A stretch of 57,449 nt of DNA from Candidatus Brocadiia bacterium (GTDB lineage Bacteria; Planctomycetota; Brocadiia; SM23-32). The first letter of the stretch is position 1. Every line of letters starts with the position of its first letter. Below are positions 39,783 through 49,145 of the stretch, one piece after another. Under the pieces are notes generated by a model. It did not search any database. It saw only the letters and a list, made by a program, of their open reading frames with translations, and had not been told where the DNA came from. The stretch covers positions 1-57,449 of the forward strand of contig JBKHIT010000030.1 in the NCBI GenBank assembly GCA_046538485.1, in the 5' to 3' direction. The position numbers and the translations under genes are program-made.

Positions 39783-40043
39783 TTACTCTGTTTCCGTGGC
39801 TTCTTGCGGCTCGACTCCAACCACTTCCTTGACGTCGGGGATTTCCTCCTTGAGTTTGCTTTCCACGCCCCGCTTGATGGTCATTTGAGCCATAGGACAT
39901 CCCCTGCATGCCCCACTCAGGATTACCTTCACCGTGCCATCCCCCGTTACCTCGACAAGCTCACAATCTCCGCCATGCGTTTGCAGAGCCGGCCGAATTT
40001 GGTTCGCGATTATCTCTTTGACTTTTTCCGCATCGATCATCAA
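39783..40043 (-). CDS. NifU C-terminal domain protein
   Basis: IRPALQTHGGD, GACRGCP. Confidence 0.9.
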   Translation of the reverse strand: MMIDAEKVKEIIANQIRPALQTHGGDCELVEVTGDGTVKVILSGACRGCPMAQMTIKRGVESKLKEEIPDVKEVVGVEPQEATETE

Positions 40044-40136
40044 TCGCTCCTTTTAAACAAATATACTCAACGGTCAAGCATAACAATGTAGACAATATCC
40101 AGCGTGACGGTTCCGCGAAGAGAATTCAAGCGAAAG

Positions 40137-42083
40137 TCATTTCGTTCCGCTCACGGCGTTGACCCTGCGCATAGCTTCGAGCAGTTCTGTGGGACCAACG
40201 TATCCCAAAATCTCTCTGCTCTCTTTCGGATCATCCCCGACAGGGACAAATACCAGGGTAGGAAATCCTCCAACGTCATAAGTTTTCACTAATTGTTGTA
40301 TCACTTTGTTTTCAAAATCTGTGGCGTCGATTTTGACGCAAACAAAACGGTCTGATTCCGCAACAACCTGTTTGTCAGTAAAACTTTTCGATTCCAGCTT
40401 CCGGCAGGACGCGCAGCGTTTCTGGCTGAAATAGATCATCATTGGCTTTTTAAGCTTTTTTGCTTTAGCGGTTGCCCGGGAAAGATCCGTCTCCCAATCG
40501 ATTGCGAGCCTCTGGCCGCCAGTACCAGAATTGGCCTGGACGAACCAGAAAGCAGCCCCAAGGAGAATAATTAAACCCACGAATTTGCGTGCTCTTTCAT
40601 GAAATTCGCTTCCCGGTGTGAGCCGATCAAAGGCGCCCACAAACACGCTCATTGCCAGAAGGTAGATGGCAATGATCGATCGTACAATCAGATCGCTGAA
40701 TACTGCTGATTTGGCGAAAAAGTAAATCGCTGCGCCAATTAGACCCCAACCGAAGATTTTTGTGATTGTGGTTTGCCACGCTCCGGATTTTGGTAACGAC
40801 GACAGTAGACCGCTGAATGTGCCCGCAATGATCAACGGAACCCCCATGCCCCAGGCAATGGCGAAAAAGCTCAAGAAACCCAGTAACCAGTCCCCTGACT
40901 CGCGCACCAGGATGAGTGCTCCGAGTATCACAGGAGCAGCGCAGGGCGTGAGCACTACGCCGCTGACAGCGCCCAGCAATAAAAGCCCCACCAGCCCCCA
41001 TCGTCCGCGAAGCCATTGCTGGAGGCGAGACACAGTTGAACTCTGGAGCTGTATGTTAAATGCACCGAACATTGCCGCAGCCAGAACTACAAATATTACG
41101 GTTAAAAACAGGTAGACCCAGGCGTTCTGAAAAACTGTACCGAAGGCCTGATCCACCGCAGCAGCAATGAGCCCGAGGGTCGCGTACGTGATCGATATGC
41201 CGAGAACGTAAACGAGCGATCGTAGAAAGCCGCTCAGTTTGCGATCTGTCGAAGCCGCGCCAATCAGAGTGACCGTTACAGGTATCATAGGATAAACGCA
41301 GGGTGTTAGTGAGAGCAGAAGACCCGCAACGAAACCGAGGGCCAAGGCGACCAGAACGCCGCCTTCGCTGATTGTTTTTGCGTACCAATCGACGCTGTAT
41401 TGGCTGATTTCGTCCTGTTTGGGACCGGCCGGCTCTGCAATGGAGGGAACTGGAACGGGCTCCGAGTCACGCGGTAAGACTTGCAAATTCAGCACGATGC
41501 TTTTTTTAGAGGGACGGTAACAAACTGTCTCCCTGCATGCCTGGTAATCTACATTCACAATGAGTTCATATTTCCCGGCGACAGAATTCTCCCCGATCCG
41601 GAGCAAATTTTTTAGCACGGTTTCTCCATCGTAATAGTCGGTGATTTCGTCCGTAGAACGGGCTTTCTCGCCCTGTGATATTCCAAGGGGGCCTTGCTCC
41701 GAAGTCACCGTTAGTTTGTCTGGATTGCGAGTTTGGACGGTAATGGTAAAGCGTTCTTTGTCAGCGTAAACGCGGCTTCCTTCCGAGATATCCAGGTGGG
41801 TGACGAGTATTACACGATGTCCCGGGACCTGTTTGGCCGGTTTTAATTCAGCCGATAACTGGACCTTTGCTTCCCTGACACCACCGATTGCCCCCTCCCC
41901 TCTCAGAAAATCCGCCCCTCCGGGTTGGGCCGCTCTGAGCGATCCCATGATTAGACACACGATTGTTACGCTGCCCAAAATTGCACAGACAAATTTCTCC
42001 GATAATGATTTCTGCGGGATAGCGGAGTCTCCGTTTTCCGTTCGGTTACCATGCAGCAAGTTCACCAACAATTTCCTCCACAA
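40137..42083 (-). CDS. dsbD: Protein-disulfide reductase DsbD family
   Basis: YQAC.ETVCY, LTPCVYPMIP, TPCAAP, thioredoxin CASC; start uncertain. Confidence 0.88.
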   Translation of the reverse strand: MWRKLLVNLLHGNRTENGDSAIPQKSLSEKFVCAILGSVTIVCLIMGSLRAAQPGGADFLRGEGAIGGVREAKVQLSAELKPAKQVPGHRVILVTHLDISEGSRVYADKERFTITVQTRNPDKLTVTSEQGPLGISQGEKARSTDEITDYYDGETVLKNLLRIGENSVAGKYELIVNVDYQACRETVCYRPSKKSIVLNLQVLPRDSEPVPVPSIAEPAGPKQDEISQYSVDWYAKTISEGGVLVALALGFVAGLLLSLTPCVYPMIPVTVTLIGAASTDRKLSGFLRSLVYVLGISITYATLGLIAAAVDQAFGTVFQNAWVYLFLTVIFVVLAAAMFGAFNIQLQSSTVSRLQQWLRGRWGLVGLLLLGAVSGVVLTPCAAPVILGALILVRESGDWLLGFLSFFAIAWGMGVPLIIAGTFSGLLSSLPKSGAWQTTITKIFGWGLIGAAIYFFAKSAVFSDLIVRSIIAIYLLAMSVFVGAFDRLTPGSEFHERARKFVGLIILLGAAFWFVQANSGTGGQRLAIDWETDLSRATAKAKKLKKPMMIYFSQKRCASCRKLESKSFTDKQVVAESDRFVCVKIDATDFENKVIQQLVKTYDVGGFPTLVFVPVGDDPKESREILGYVGPTELLEAMRRVNAVSGTK

Positions 42084-43011
42084 GGTCCTTGACTGTTACG
42101 GCCCCGACCACTTCACATTCACTTTTCACGATTGCCATTTGTTGGTGGGCCCGTTGCAGAACGTAGAGAGCTTCTCCAACCGATAGTTTCTCATCGAGGT
42201 AGACCGGAGGACGACTCAAGGACTGCATGTCCGCCCGGTCTTCATCGGCACACAGTACGTCAATGACGTTTATGATACCAGTGACATTTGAGCGTTTTTC
42301 TGCGTAAACGGGGAAACGTGAGAATCGATGCTCCCGCATTATCTTCTGCAGTTTTTCAAAAGTGCTTGATTCTGGAATCATTGCAACTTCATCCAGGGGC
42401 ACCATGGCAGCGGAAAGTTCCAGTGATTTTACTCTCAACACATTTTCTGCCATCCGATGCTGGTACGGTGACAGGACTCCGAGCGCGGCACCTTCGCTGA
42501 GGAAAAACCGGAGTTTTTCAGGCGTAAACACATCGGCATTTTCCGTCTTTCCGCCGATAATTTTCCGCATAACCCGTAATAGACCCTGGAGCAGGAAAAT
42601 CAACGGCGAGAATATAATTTCGCAGAATCTTAAGATCGGTGCTGTCCGGTACATCAATGTATCGGCACGCCGTTGATACAACGATTTTGGAATTATTTCA
42701 GCGAAAATCAGGAGAATTGGCGGCATAATAAGACTGCTGTAAAGGTCTGTCCGGTACGCAAGCCCGATTTTGTTCAGTAAACTTCCGCATAATGCTGTAG
42801 CGCAATAGATTGTAATGTTGGTTCCGATCAACATGGTGCTGATAGCCAGTTGGGGCTTGCGGCTGAGTTTGCGCAGTGAAACGGCCCCCATCCAACCATG
42901 CTCCGCCCGGAACCGCAGGCGTGTCCGATTTAAGGAGTAGAACCCGGTTTCGCTACCGCTGAAAAAAGCCTCGAGCATTACAAACAACGCAATCAGCAGG
43001 CAATCAACCAT
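42046..43011 (-). CDS. CNNM/CBS domain (hemolysin/CorC-like) protein
   Basis: FFSGSETG, IFAEIIPK, FSRFPVY, DLVEEIVG. Confidence 0.88.
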   Translation of the reverse strand: MVDCLLIALFVMLEAFFSGSETGFYSLNRTRLRFRAEHGWMGAVSLRKLSRKPQLAISTMLIGTNITIYCATALCGSLLNKIGLAYRTDLYSSLIMPPILLIFAEIIPKSLYQRRADTLMYRTAPILRFCEIIFSPLIFLLQGLLRVMRKIIGGKTENADVFTPEKLRFFLSEGAALGVLSPYQHRMAENVLRVKSLELSAAMVPLDEVAMIPESSTFEKLQKIMREHRFSRFPVYAEKRSNVTGIINVIDVLCADEDRADMQSLSRPPVYLDEKLSVGEALYVLQRAHQQMAIVKSECEVVGAVTVKDLVEEIVGELAAW

Positions 43012-44290
43012 TGAGTTCCCCCTCTGATTGCTCATTTTCCCGCTTGTTCAACAGCAATATCAACCTTGTGATGCGGTGCCCCCGCACGGCCTCCACCTCA
43101 AACTGAAGGTTACCCAGTTCCACCTGGTCGCCGGGGCGCGGCAGACGCCCCAGGAGCGCCATGACCAGCCCGCCGACCGTATCCACGGATAATTCCGGGA
43201 CATCAGTCTCGAAGGACTCCTGCCAGTCTCGAATGCTCAAACTGCCGCGCAACCGGAATTTTCTGTCGCTGAGACGTTCCACAGCTTGAGGCTCTTCCGC
43301 GTCGTACTCATCCCGGATTTCACCCACTATTTCTTCCAGGATATCTTCAATCGTCACCATACCTTCCACGGCTCCGTGCTCATCAACAATAAAAGCCATG
43401 CGGCTGTGTTCCTCGCGCATCTGCCGCAGAACTTGTTCTGTTGAGGTCGTTTCCGGCATGAAGGGCATTTCCCGTATGAGTTCACGCAAATTACTCCCCT
43501 CTTCGCGAAGCATGAAGTCCTTCGCATGAATGGCACCAAGCATATTGTCCATGCGAACTTCGTAGACGGGCATCAGAGTATGTTTGTATCTTGAGAACAT
43601 TTCCTGAAGACCTTCCACTCCGGCATCAATGTTGTGAGCGGCCATTTCAACACGAGGGATCATAATCTCGCGTACAGGGACATCGGTCAAACTTACGACT
43701 TCGGCCATCATCTCGCCGACATCTTCCTCGACCACCCCCTCTTTTTCGCTCAAATCGATGAGCATATCGAGTTCTTCAGAACGGATAAATGGATCGGGTT
43801 GCACGTGTCTTCCGAAAAGCGCTGAAATACGGTCGGTTATTTTTTCAAGAAGAAAGATGGGAACAATGAAAACTTTTTGGAAAACCAGGAGCGGGTACGC
43901 TGCAAGAAGGCTGGAAGATCGCGCGAAAACAACGGCAAGATTTTTTGGGAACAGTTCACAAAACAGAATGACAAAGATAAGTGATGCAATGCTCAGGCCG
44001 GCTGCCCCCGTCCCTGAAAGCGAGCTTTTGTAGTGAACGATTAAAAAGAAGGAAACGCTGAAAAAAACCACGTTGACAACCATGTTGCCGAACAGCACCG
44101 TCGTCAGCAGCCTTTTGGGATTCCCCAGTAACTGCGCGACTATTCCCTTTGTCCCCGGTTTGCCCTCCATATGGCGCACAATTTGGGTGGGCAGGCTGAA
44201 TAGTGCGGTCTCAGAGCCGCTGAAAAACATCGACAAAAGAGCCGATACTACCAGGACAAACAGTCGAATAGTCAGGTGAGAATTGTGCAC
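43004..44290 (-). CDS. CNNM/CBS/CorC domain (hemolysin family) protein
   Basis: FFSGSETALFSL, CELFPK, VDEHG..EG.VTIEDILEEIVGEIRDE, TVGGL. Confidence 0.9.
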   Translation of the reverse strand: MHNSHLTIRLFVLVVSALLSMFFSGSETALFSLPTQIVRHMEGKPGTKGIVAQLLGNPKRLLTTVLFGNMVVNVVFFSVSFFLIVHYKSSLSGTGAAGLSIASLIFVILFCELFPKNLAVVFARSSSLLAAYPLLVFQKVFIVPIFLLEKITDRISALFGRHVQPDPFIRSEELDMLIDLSEKEGVVEEDVGEMMAEVVSLTDVPVREIMIPRVEMAAHNIDAGVEGLQEMFSRYKHTLMPVYEVRMDNMLGAIHAKDFMLREEGSNLRELIREMPFMPETTSTEQVLRQMREEHSRMAFIVDEHGAVEGMVTIEDILEEIVGEIRDEYDAEEPQAVERLSDRKFRLRGSLSIRDWQESFETDVPELSVDTVGGLVMALLGRLPRPGDQVELGNLQFEVEAVRGHRITRLILLLNKRENEQSEGELNG

Positions 44291-44712
44291 GTCCGCCTCG
44301 CTGGAGGGAAAACGAAGTTGTTACGAAAACTGCCGCTGGGCAGGATGATACCGAAAACCGGAATCGGATACACCGCGGTTTGGATTATCTTCCAAAACTG
44401 CGCAAGAGCTTTCCGAAAGGCTGTAATATGAGCCGGTGAACTGAAAATCCAGCTGGTACGTCTCAAGGGTTGTGTTCCAGCATTCACTCTCTCCACGGGG
44501 CCACTAGCCCGGATTTTTGGCTGAGAAGGGTTGTGAACGGTGTTTCAATAAAGATTCTACCCTGATTGGGCAACAATAGCTCCCAATTATCCGTAGAACC
44601 CATGCTAGGATACAAGATGAAACTCCAGATGTTCAACCATGAAATGCAGTGGTTTGACCAATTCGAAGAAGTTGTAAGCCTTTATTTAAGTAAGCTTTTC
44701 GGATATTATCCT

Positions 44713-45999
44713 TTAATCGCCCAATAGTTCTTCGCTGATGTAATTCGAGAGGTCCGTCAAATGGCCTTCAGGCGGCAGGTCGAAACTGCTGCCGTAAACC
44801 ACGCGATTGTCCGGTCCAGCCAGACCGTGGGAGCCGCAGATGCGCGAGGCATCGGAACATACTGAGATCGGCCATAAACCCCAGAAAAGCTCGCAGGGAT
44901 CGTAGCCCGGTTTGTTATGAATATCCACATGCGATGCATATTCAGGGGCCGCTTCGCTCTGTTCCCACCACGGATAAGCGAACCAGCTATCGGGTTCAGA
45001 AACCAGAACCAGATCCCCGGTCCGGGGGTGGTCAATTCTGTACTCGCGCTTCTCCGTGTCGCGGAGAACATCGCTAATTCCCTCTTGGATTCCGAACAAC
45101 TTTTCCACTTCTTCCTTCGTTTCTTCGTCACTTGTTATCACATGGGCAATCTGGTGATCGACCACAGCGAAAGCGGAACTTGTGTGGAAATCAGGATACA
45201 GCATTGCTTTAACCCGTCGTGTTCTCAGGTACCCTTCCTGTAGGAGGATACGGTTCGGGAAAATGGGTCGGCGCACCTCATGCATCGCGTAGTCGCCAAA
45301 TATCACGAACTGATAATCACAACTTTTTGCATGACTCAGCAGTCGCTTCAGTAGAGAATTCAGCTCTTCAAGAGTTTGCGCTGATTGATTCGATTGAGGT
45401 CCCGACCTTTGCAGTTCATAGTCAAGATGCGGCAGATAGGTCAAAAGCAAATCCGGGGACGGACTTTCCATCACCTGTCGGGTCGCTTCGACAATCCACT
45501 CGCTGCTTTTGATGGAAGCCTTCGGACCCCAGTAATCGGCAAGATTGAAACTCCGGCCAATTTTGCTGGTGAGATGCCAGTGGAGTTCGGCCGGTCGACT
45601 GTAAAGATCCTGGATTATTCCCCCATGGTGTTTATGAATCGGCGCCGGCGAAAGGATTACGTCGGCCCGCGTTCCCAGGCTTTGCTGCCAGAATACCATA
45701 CCAACTGTCCCACCGTTTTCCCGAAACCTGTCCCAAATACGATCCCCATTAATCAGATTCGATGACTGTTCCCAGAACATCGGTTTTCTGAGTTCGCGTG
45801 AGAAGAACCCGTTCCCTACCATTCCATGTTCATTTGGCAATTTTCCTGTCCGAAACGAGGCCTGGACCGTGGATGTCACGGCCGGGAAGACGGTTTGAAT
45901 GGGTTTAAACTTGATGTTTGCCAGCTCGAGCTTTTGGCGATGATGGGAGAGAAATTCAGCGCCCAGTGCAGCGACTTGAACGACAAGTAGTTTTTTCAT
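44713..45999 (-). CDS. eboF: Alkaline-phosphatase/nucleotide pyrophosphatase family, EboF-like
   Basis: FPAVT..VQA...TG, YLPHLDY..QR.GP, DHQIAHV, VDIH.KPGYDP.ELF, GSHG. Confidence 0.8.
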   Translation of the reverse strand: MKKLLVVQVAALGAEFLSHHRQKLELANIKFKPIQTVFPAVTSTVQASFRTGKLPNEHGMVGNGFFSRELRKPMFWEQSSNLINGDRIWDRFRENGGTVGMVFWQQSLGTRADVILSPAPIHKHHGGIIQDLYSRPAELHWHLTSKIGRSFNLADYWGPKASIKSSEWIVEATRQVMESPSPDLLLTYLPHLDYELQRSGPQSNQSAQTLEELNSLLKRLLSHAKSCDYQFVIFGDYAMHEVRRPIFPNRILLQEGYLRTRRVKAMLYPDFHTSSAFAVVDHQIAHVITSDEETKEEVEKLFGIQEGISDVLRDTEKREYRIDHPRTGDLVLVSEPDSWFAYPWWEQSEAAPEYASHVDIHNKPGYDPCELFWGLWPISVCSDASRICGSHGLAGPDNRVVYGSSFDLPPEGHLTDLSNYISEELLGD

Positions 46000-46003
46000 T
46001 TTT

Positions 46004-46918
46004 TCAGCTTCCACGAGCGACATACGAAAGTATCTTTGCCAGAGGCCAGAGCAAACACACCGGCAACGCCCACCAGCTCGCATCCGGTTTGACTATCACG
46101 ATGTACGCCACTTGCAGAGGGATGAGTGCCCGAATAAGCGAACCGATCACCGGAGCTGCGTTTTTCACTGAGTCGCTCCCGCACAGGGCCGTCCGGACAA
46201 ACCCGACCGCCGCCACGGCGGCCGCCAGTCCGGTCCACGAAAACCCGGCTCGCCCGATCAGTATACCCAGGCCAGCGGCGGGTATCAGGGGCACAAGTGT
46301 TCTCCATTTTGCTGGAATTGGTCCTTCGGTCTCCCTGGATGCCAGTGCCGTCACGCACGCAATGTAGACCGCCTCAATAGCGGCCACCAAATATAGCATT
46401 GACCATTGCGCCGGCAACGCAATCGATCCGCCGAGAATGACATTTCCGCCCCGACAGACGCCCATTAGAAAAAAGCCAAAGGCTCCTATTCGGCGCCCGG
46501 GGCCGTCGTAAAGGACAATGAAGATCAGAAGTCCAAGCGCAATCAGAAGCGCGTCAAACCCCGCCGTTGCAGCTGCGGCTGCTCCCGCGATTCCCAAAAA
46601 AGCAAGCACCGCTCTGACGTGCTTCAGCGGAATCCGCCCCGATGGTAGCGGGCGATCCGGGCGTTCCTGCGAGTCGCGTTTCAAGTCTAACAGGTCATTC
46701 AGTGCAAGCCCGAAACCGTAAAGAAAAACCGAGGCAAGAACCAGACCGAGGAGTTCTGCCACAGTCCCCTGGACAGTACCGCCGACAAGGCAGAACCCCG
46801 CGATGATATCGCCGGGAAGTGTGGCAAAATTCGGGATTCGGAATAGTTCTATCCATACTCCCAACCGCCCCACCCGTTTCTCTGATTGACTTTCCGTAGC
46901 CATACTTTCCGGCTTCAA
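46004..46918 (-). CDS. eboC: UbiA-family prenyltransferase, EboC-like
   Basis: R.PN..T..GD, LND..D...D..ERP.RPLPSGRI, MG.CRG.N. Confidence 0.8.
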   Translation of the reverse strand: MKPESMATESQSEKRVGRLGVWIELFRIPNFATLPGDIIAGFCLVGGTVQGTVAELLGLVLASVFLYGFGLALNDLLDLKRDSQERPDRPLPSGRIPLKHVRAVLAFLGIAGAAAAATAGFDALLIALGLLIFIVLYDGPGRRIGAFGFFLMGVCRGGNVILGGSIALPAQWSMLYLVAAIEAVYIACVTALASRETEGPIPAKWRTLVPLIPAAGLGILIGRAGFSWTGLAAAVAAVGFVRTALCGSDSVKNAAPVIGSLIRALIPLQVAYIVIVKPDASWWALPVCLLWPLAKILSYVARGS

Positions 46919-47751
46919 CGCTGGAACTCGGATACTGGGACCGGCTTGATATCAAGACGGGGTTCCCAGTTGGAAGAATGTCCATACAGCTCCATAGGAT
47001 TATCGTGCACCAGCTTTTGGATCACCTGGTCCGGATGACCATCCCCTCTCATGCGCTCAACCACCCTGACGAGCGAAATGGGGTCCGAAACCCCCCAGTC
47101 CGCGGATCCCGCAACCATCATTCTTTCTGCTCCATACTGGCCGATCAGCTCTGATACTCGCTCGGGTGAGAGTTTGGAATACGGGTAGACGGTCATGCCG
47201 CAGAAACAATTGGTCTGTCGGCTCACCGGCATGCTCTCTTCGTCATTGTGGTCGATCAAAATTCGTTCCTGAGTTATCCTTTCCGATTCTATCACATCCA
47301 CGATGATTCTTGCCCCTTCAGTTTTTGGGACATGTGGGAGGTGAACGATCACGGGCATTTCGCGTTGTTCTGCCAGCAGCAGTTGTCTCCGGAACACCTC
47401 AAGCTCATTTTCGGTATTTTCGTTCAATCCGATCTCTCCGAGGGCCACACATCGTGGATGATCGAGGTATTCCTCCATTCCGTCCAGCACTTCATTGGCC
47501 AGTTCAATATTCTCAGCTTCTTTTGGATTGACCGAGATGGCCGCGTAGTGATCAATGCCGAACCGTTCCGCCCGTTGCGTCTCGAAATCAAGAATATGCA
47601 AGAAATAGTCGTAAAACGTTCCTGCATATCGCCTTTCGCTTCCGAGCCAGAAAGATGGCTCGACGCAGGCCCGTATTCCGGCTTCGTACATGGCCTGATA
47701 GTCGTCGGTAGTCCTGCTGTACATGTGAATATGGGGTTCAATAATTTTCAT
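46915..47751 (-). CDS. eboB: TatD-family metallohydrolase, EboB-like
   Basis: PHIHMYSRTTDDY, EPSFWLG, NPKEA, GEIG, IDHN, ADWGVSDP; AAAGGA RBS. Confidence 0.85.
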   Translation of the reverse strand: MKIIEPHIHMYSRTTDDYQAMYEAGIRACVEPSFWLGSERRYAGTFYDYFLHILDFETQRAERFGIDHYAAISVNPKEAENIELANEVLDGMEEYLDHPRCVALGEIGLNENTENELEVFRRQLLLAEQREMPVIVHLPHVPKTEGARIIVDVIESERITQERILIDHNDEESMPVSRQTNCFCGMTVYPYSKLSPERVSELIGQYGAERMMVAGSADWGVSDPISLVRVVERMRGDGHPDQVIQKLVHDNPMELYGHSSNWEPRLDIKPVPVSEFQR

Positions 47752-47876
47752 TGCTTTCCTTTCGATGTCAGAAAATGGTTGGGCCATCGATTATAACCGC
47801 CCCCTATCCCTCATCAAAACATCAAGAGTCACGATAACTTGACGGGCGGCCCGATAGATGGTAGCGTGCTGAACGT

Positions 47877-47953
47877 GGGCGGATAGCTCAATTGGCGAGA
47901 GCGCCTGCCTTACAAGCAGGAGGTTCGCGGTTCGAGTCCGCGTCCGCCCACCA
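47877..47953 (+). tRNA. tRNA-Val(TAC)
   Basis: CCTGC-CTTACAA-GCAGG anticodon arm, GGTTCGAGTCC, CCA. Confidence 0.95.
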
Positions 47954-48150
47954 TTATGTATGCGTAAGAACTTATTTAAAAGGGACTTAAGCGGTCAAAA
48001 ACCATCCAAATTAGACCGATTTGACGTCGGGCACAACCGGGTTAAAATGTAACATGAAGGCGAGTCATTTTTTGTTTAATAAGCCTCAAAAAGGCATGGA
48101 ACGGAGCTGAATTTTTCTCCCGATGTGGTTTTCAGGAAAGGATCGGGCCG

Positions 48151-49068
48151 ATGAAAGAGCTTCAAAAGTTGATACTTGTAATCGTTGTGTGTTTTACCGT
48201 GGGTTTAACAGTAACCGCTCAAACGGCCGAAAAGGAGAAGCCGACAATTGCAGTCTTCGATTTTGAACTCTCTCAAAAGGCAACAGAGAAGATAACTGTC
48301 GAGGGAAATAAACACAGTAGAAACTCTCAGATAAGGAAATCGTACGAAACGTCTCTCCTTTCGGGGAAATTGATCACGGCTTTGACCAAATCCGGCAAAG
48401 TATCTGTTCTCGAGCGCAAGAGGCTCCGGGCCCTTATGAAAGAGGTAGAGTTGAGCCGCAGCGATTTAAGCGATCCCAAACATTCCATCGAGCTGGGCAA
48501 GCTTCTGGGGGCGGATTATCTGTTATTCGGTTCCGTTTCAATGTTGGAAGGTTCAGTCAGTCACAAAAACCTCCCCTATGAAACAGGAAAACAACGGGTT
48601 ATGGAATACAGTGTCGGGGCCGACATGCGGATTGTCGATGCTGAGACGGGAAAAATCATAGCGGCCGAAAGCATGAAAGGCAAGCACGAAGAGAAAACTG
48701 TAAATCCTGATACTAAATACCGCCAGATTCCTGAAAAGTTTAAGCAAGAAACCTACCAGCAACTTGCCGAAAAGATGGTAGATGCAGTTTTGAACAGACT
48801 CTTTCCTGTGCGCGTGGCTGCCTACAAAAACAACACGGTCTATCTGAACCGTCCAGGCTTGAAGAAAGGCACCAAAATGAAAGTGATCGAACAAGGGGAG
48901 AAAATTGTTGATCCCACGTCAGGAAGAGGACTTGGTTTCACGGAAATCCCCATCGCGATCATCAAAATAACGGAGGGTTTGCCCACATTCTCCAAGGCGA
49001 CAATTGTTGAGTGGAAGACCGACAAACAACAAATTCCGAACGGGGCTCTCTGCCGGCCGCTGGATTGA
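48151..49068 (+). CDS. CsgG/HfaB-like secreted protein
   Basis: Signal peptide; IAVFDF, VLER..L..LMKE, GKLLGADY.LFG, RIVD.ETGKI; C-terminal DP.SG..LG domain. Confidence 0.75.
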   Translation: MKELQKLILVIVVCFTVGLTVTAQTAEKEKPTIAVFDFELSQKATEKITVEGNKHSRNSQIRKSYETSLLSGKLITALTKSGKVSVLERKRLRALMKEVELSRSDLSDPKHSIELGKLLGADYLLFGSVSMLEGSVSHKNLPYETGKQRVMEYSVGADMRIVDAETGKIIAAESMKGKHEEKTVNPDTKYRQIPEKFKQETYQQLAEKMVDAVLNRLFPVRVAAYKNNTVYLNRPGLKKGTKMKVIEQGEKIVDPTSGRGLGFTEIPIAIIKITEGLPTFSKATIVEWKTDKQQIPNGALCRPLD

Positions 49069-49145
49069 AAGCTATGCTGCTCAGGATGTAAATCCTCGGC
49101 CCATCTTATTCCGGTCTGCCTCGTTCCTGTTTGTAGGAGGGGCTC

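Noticed and set aside
44291..44712. Small ORFs in the gap between eboF and the CNNM genes
   Set aside because: No RBS, motif or clear structure supports a gene or ncRNA
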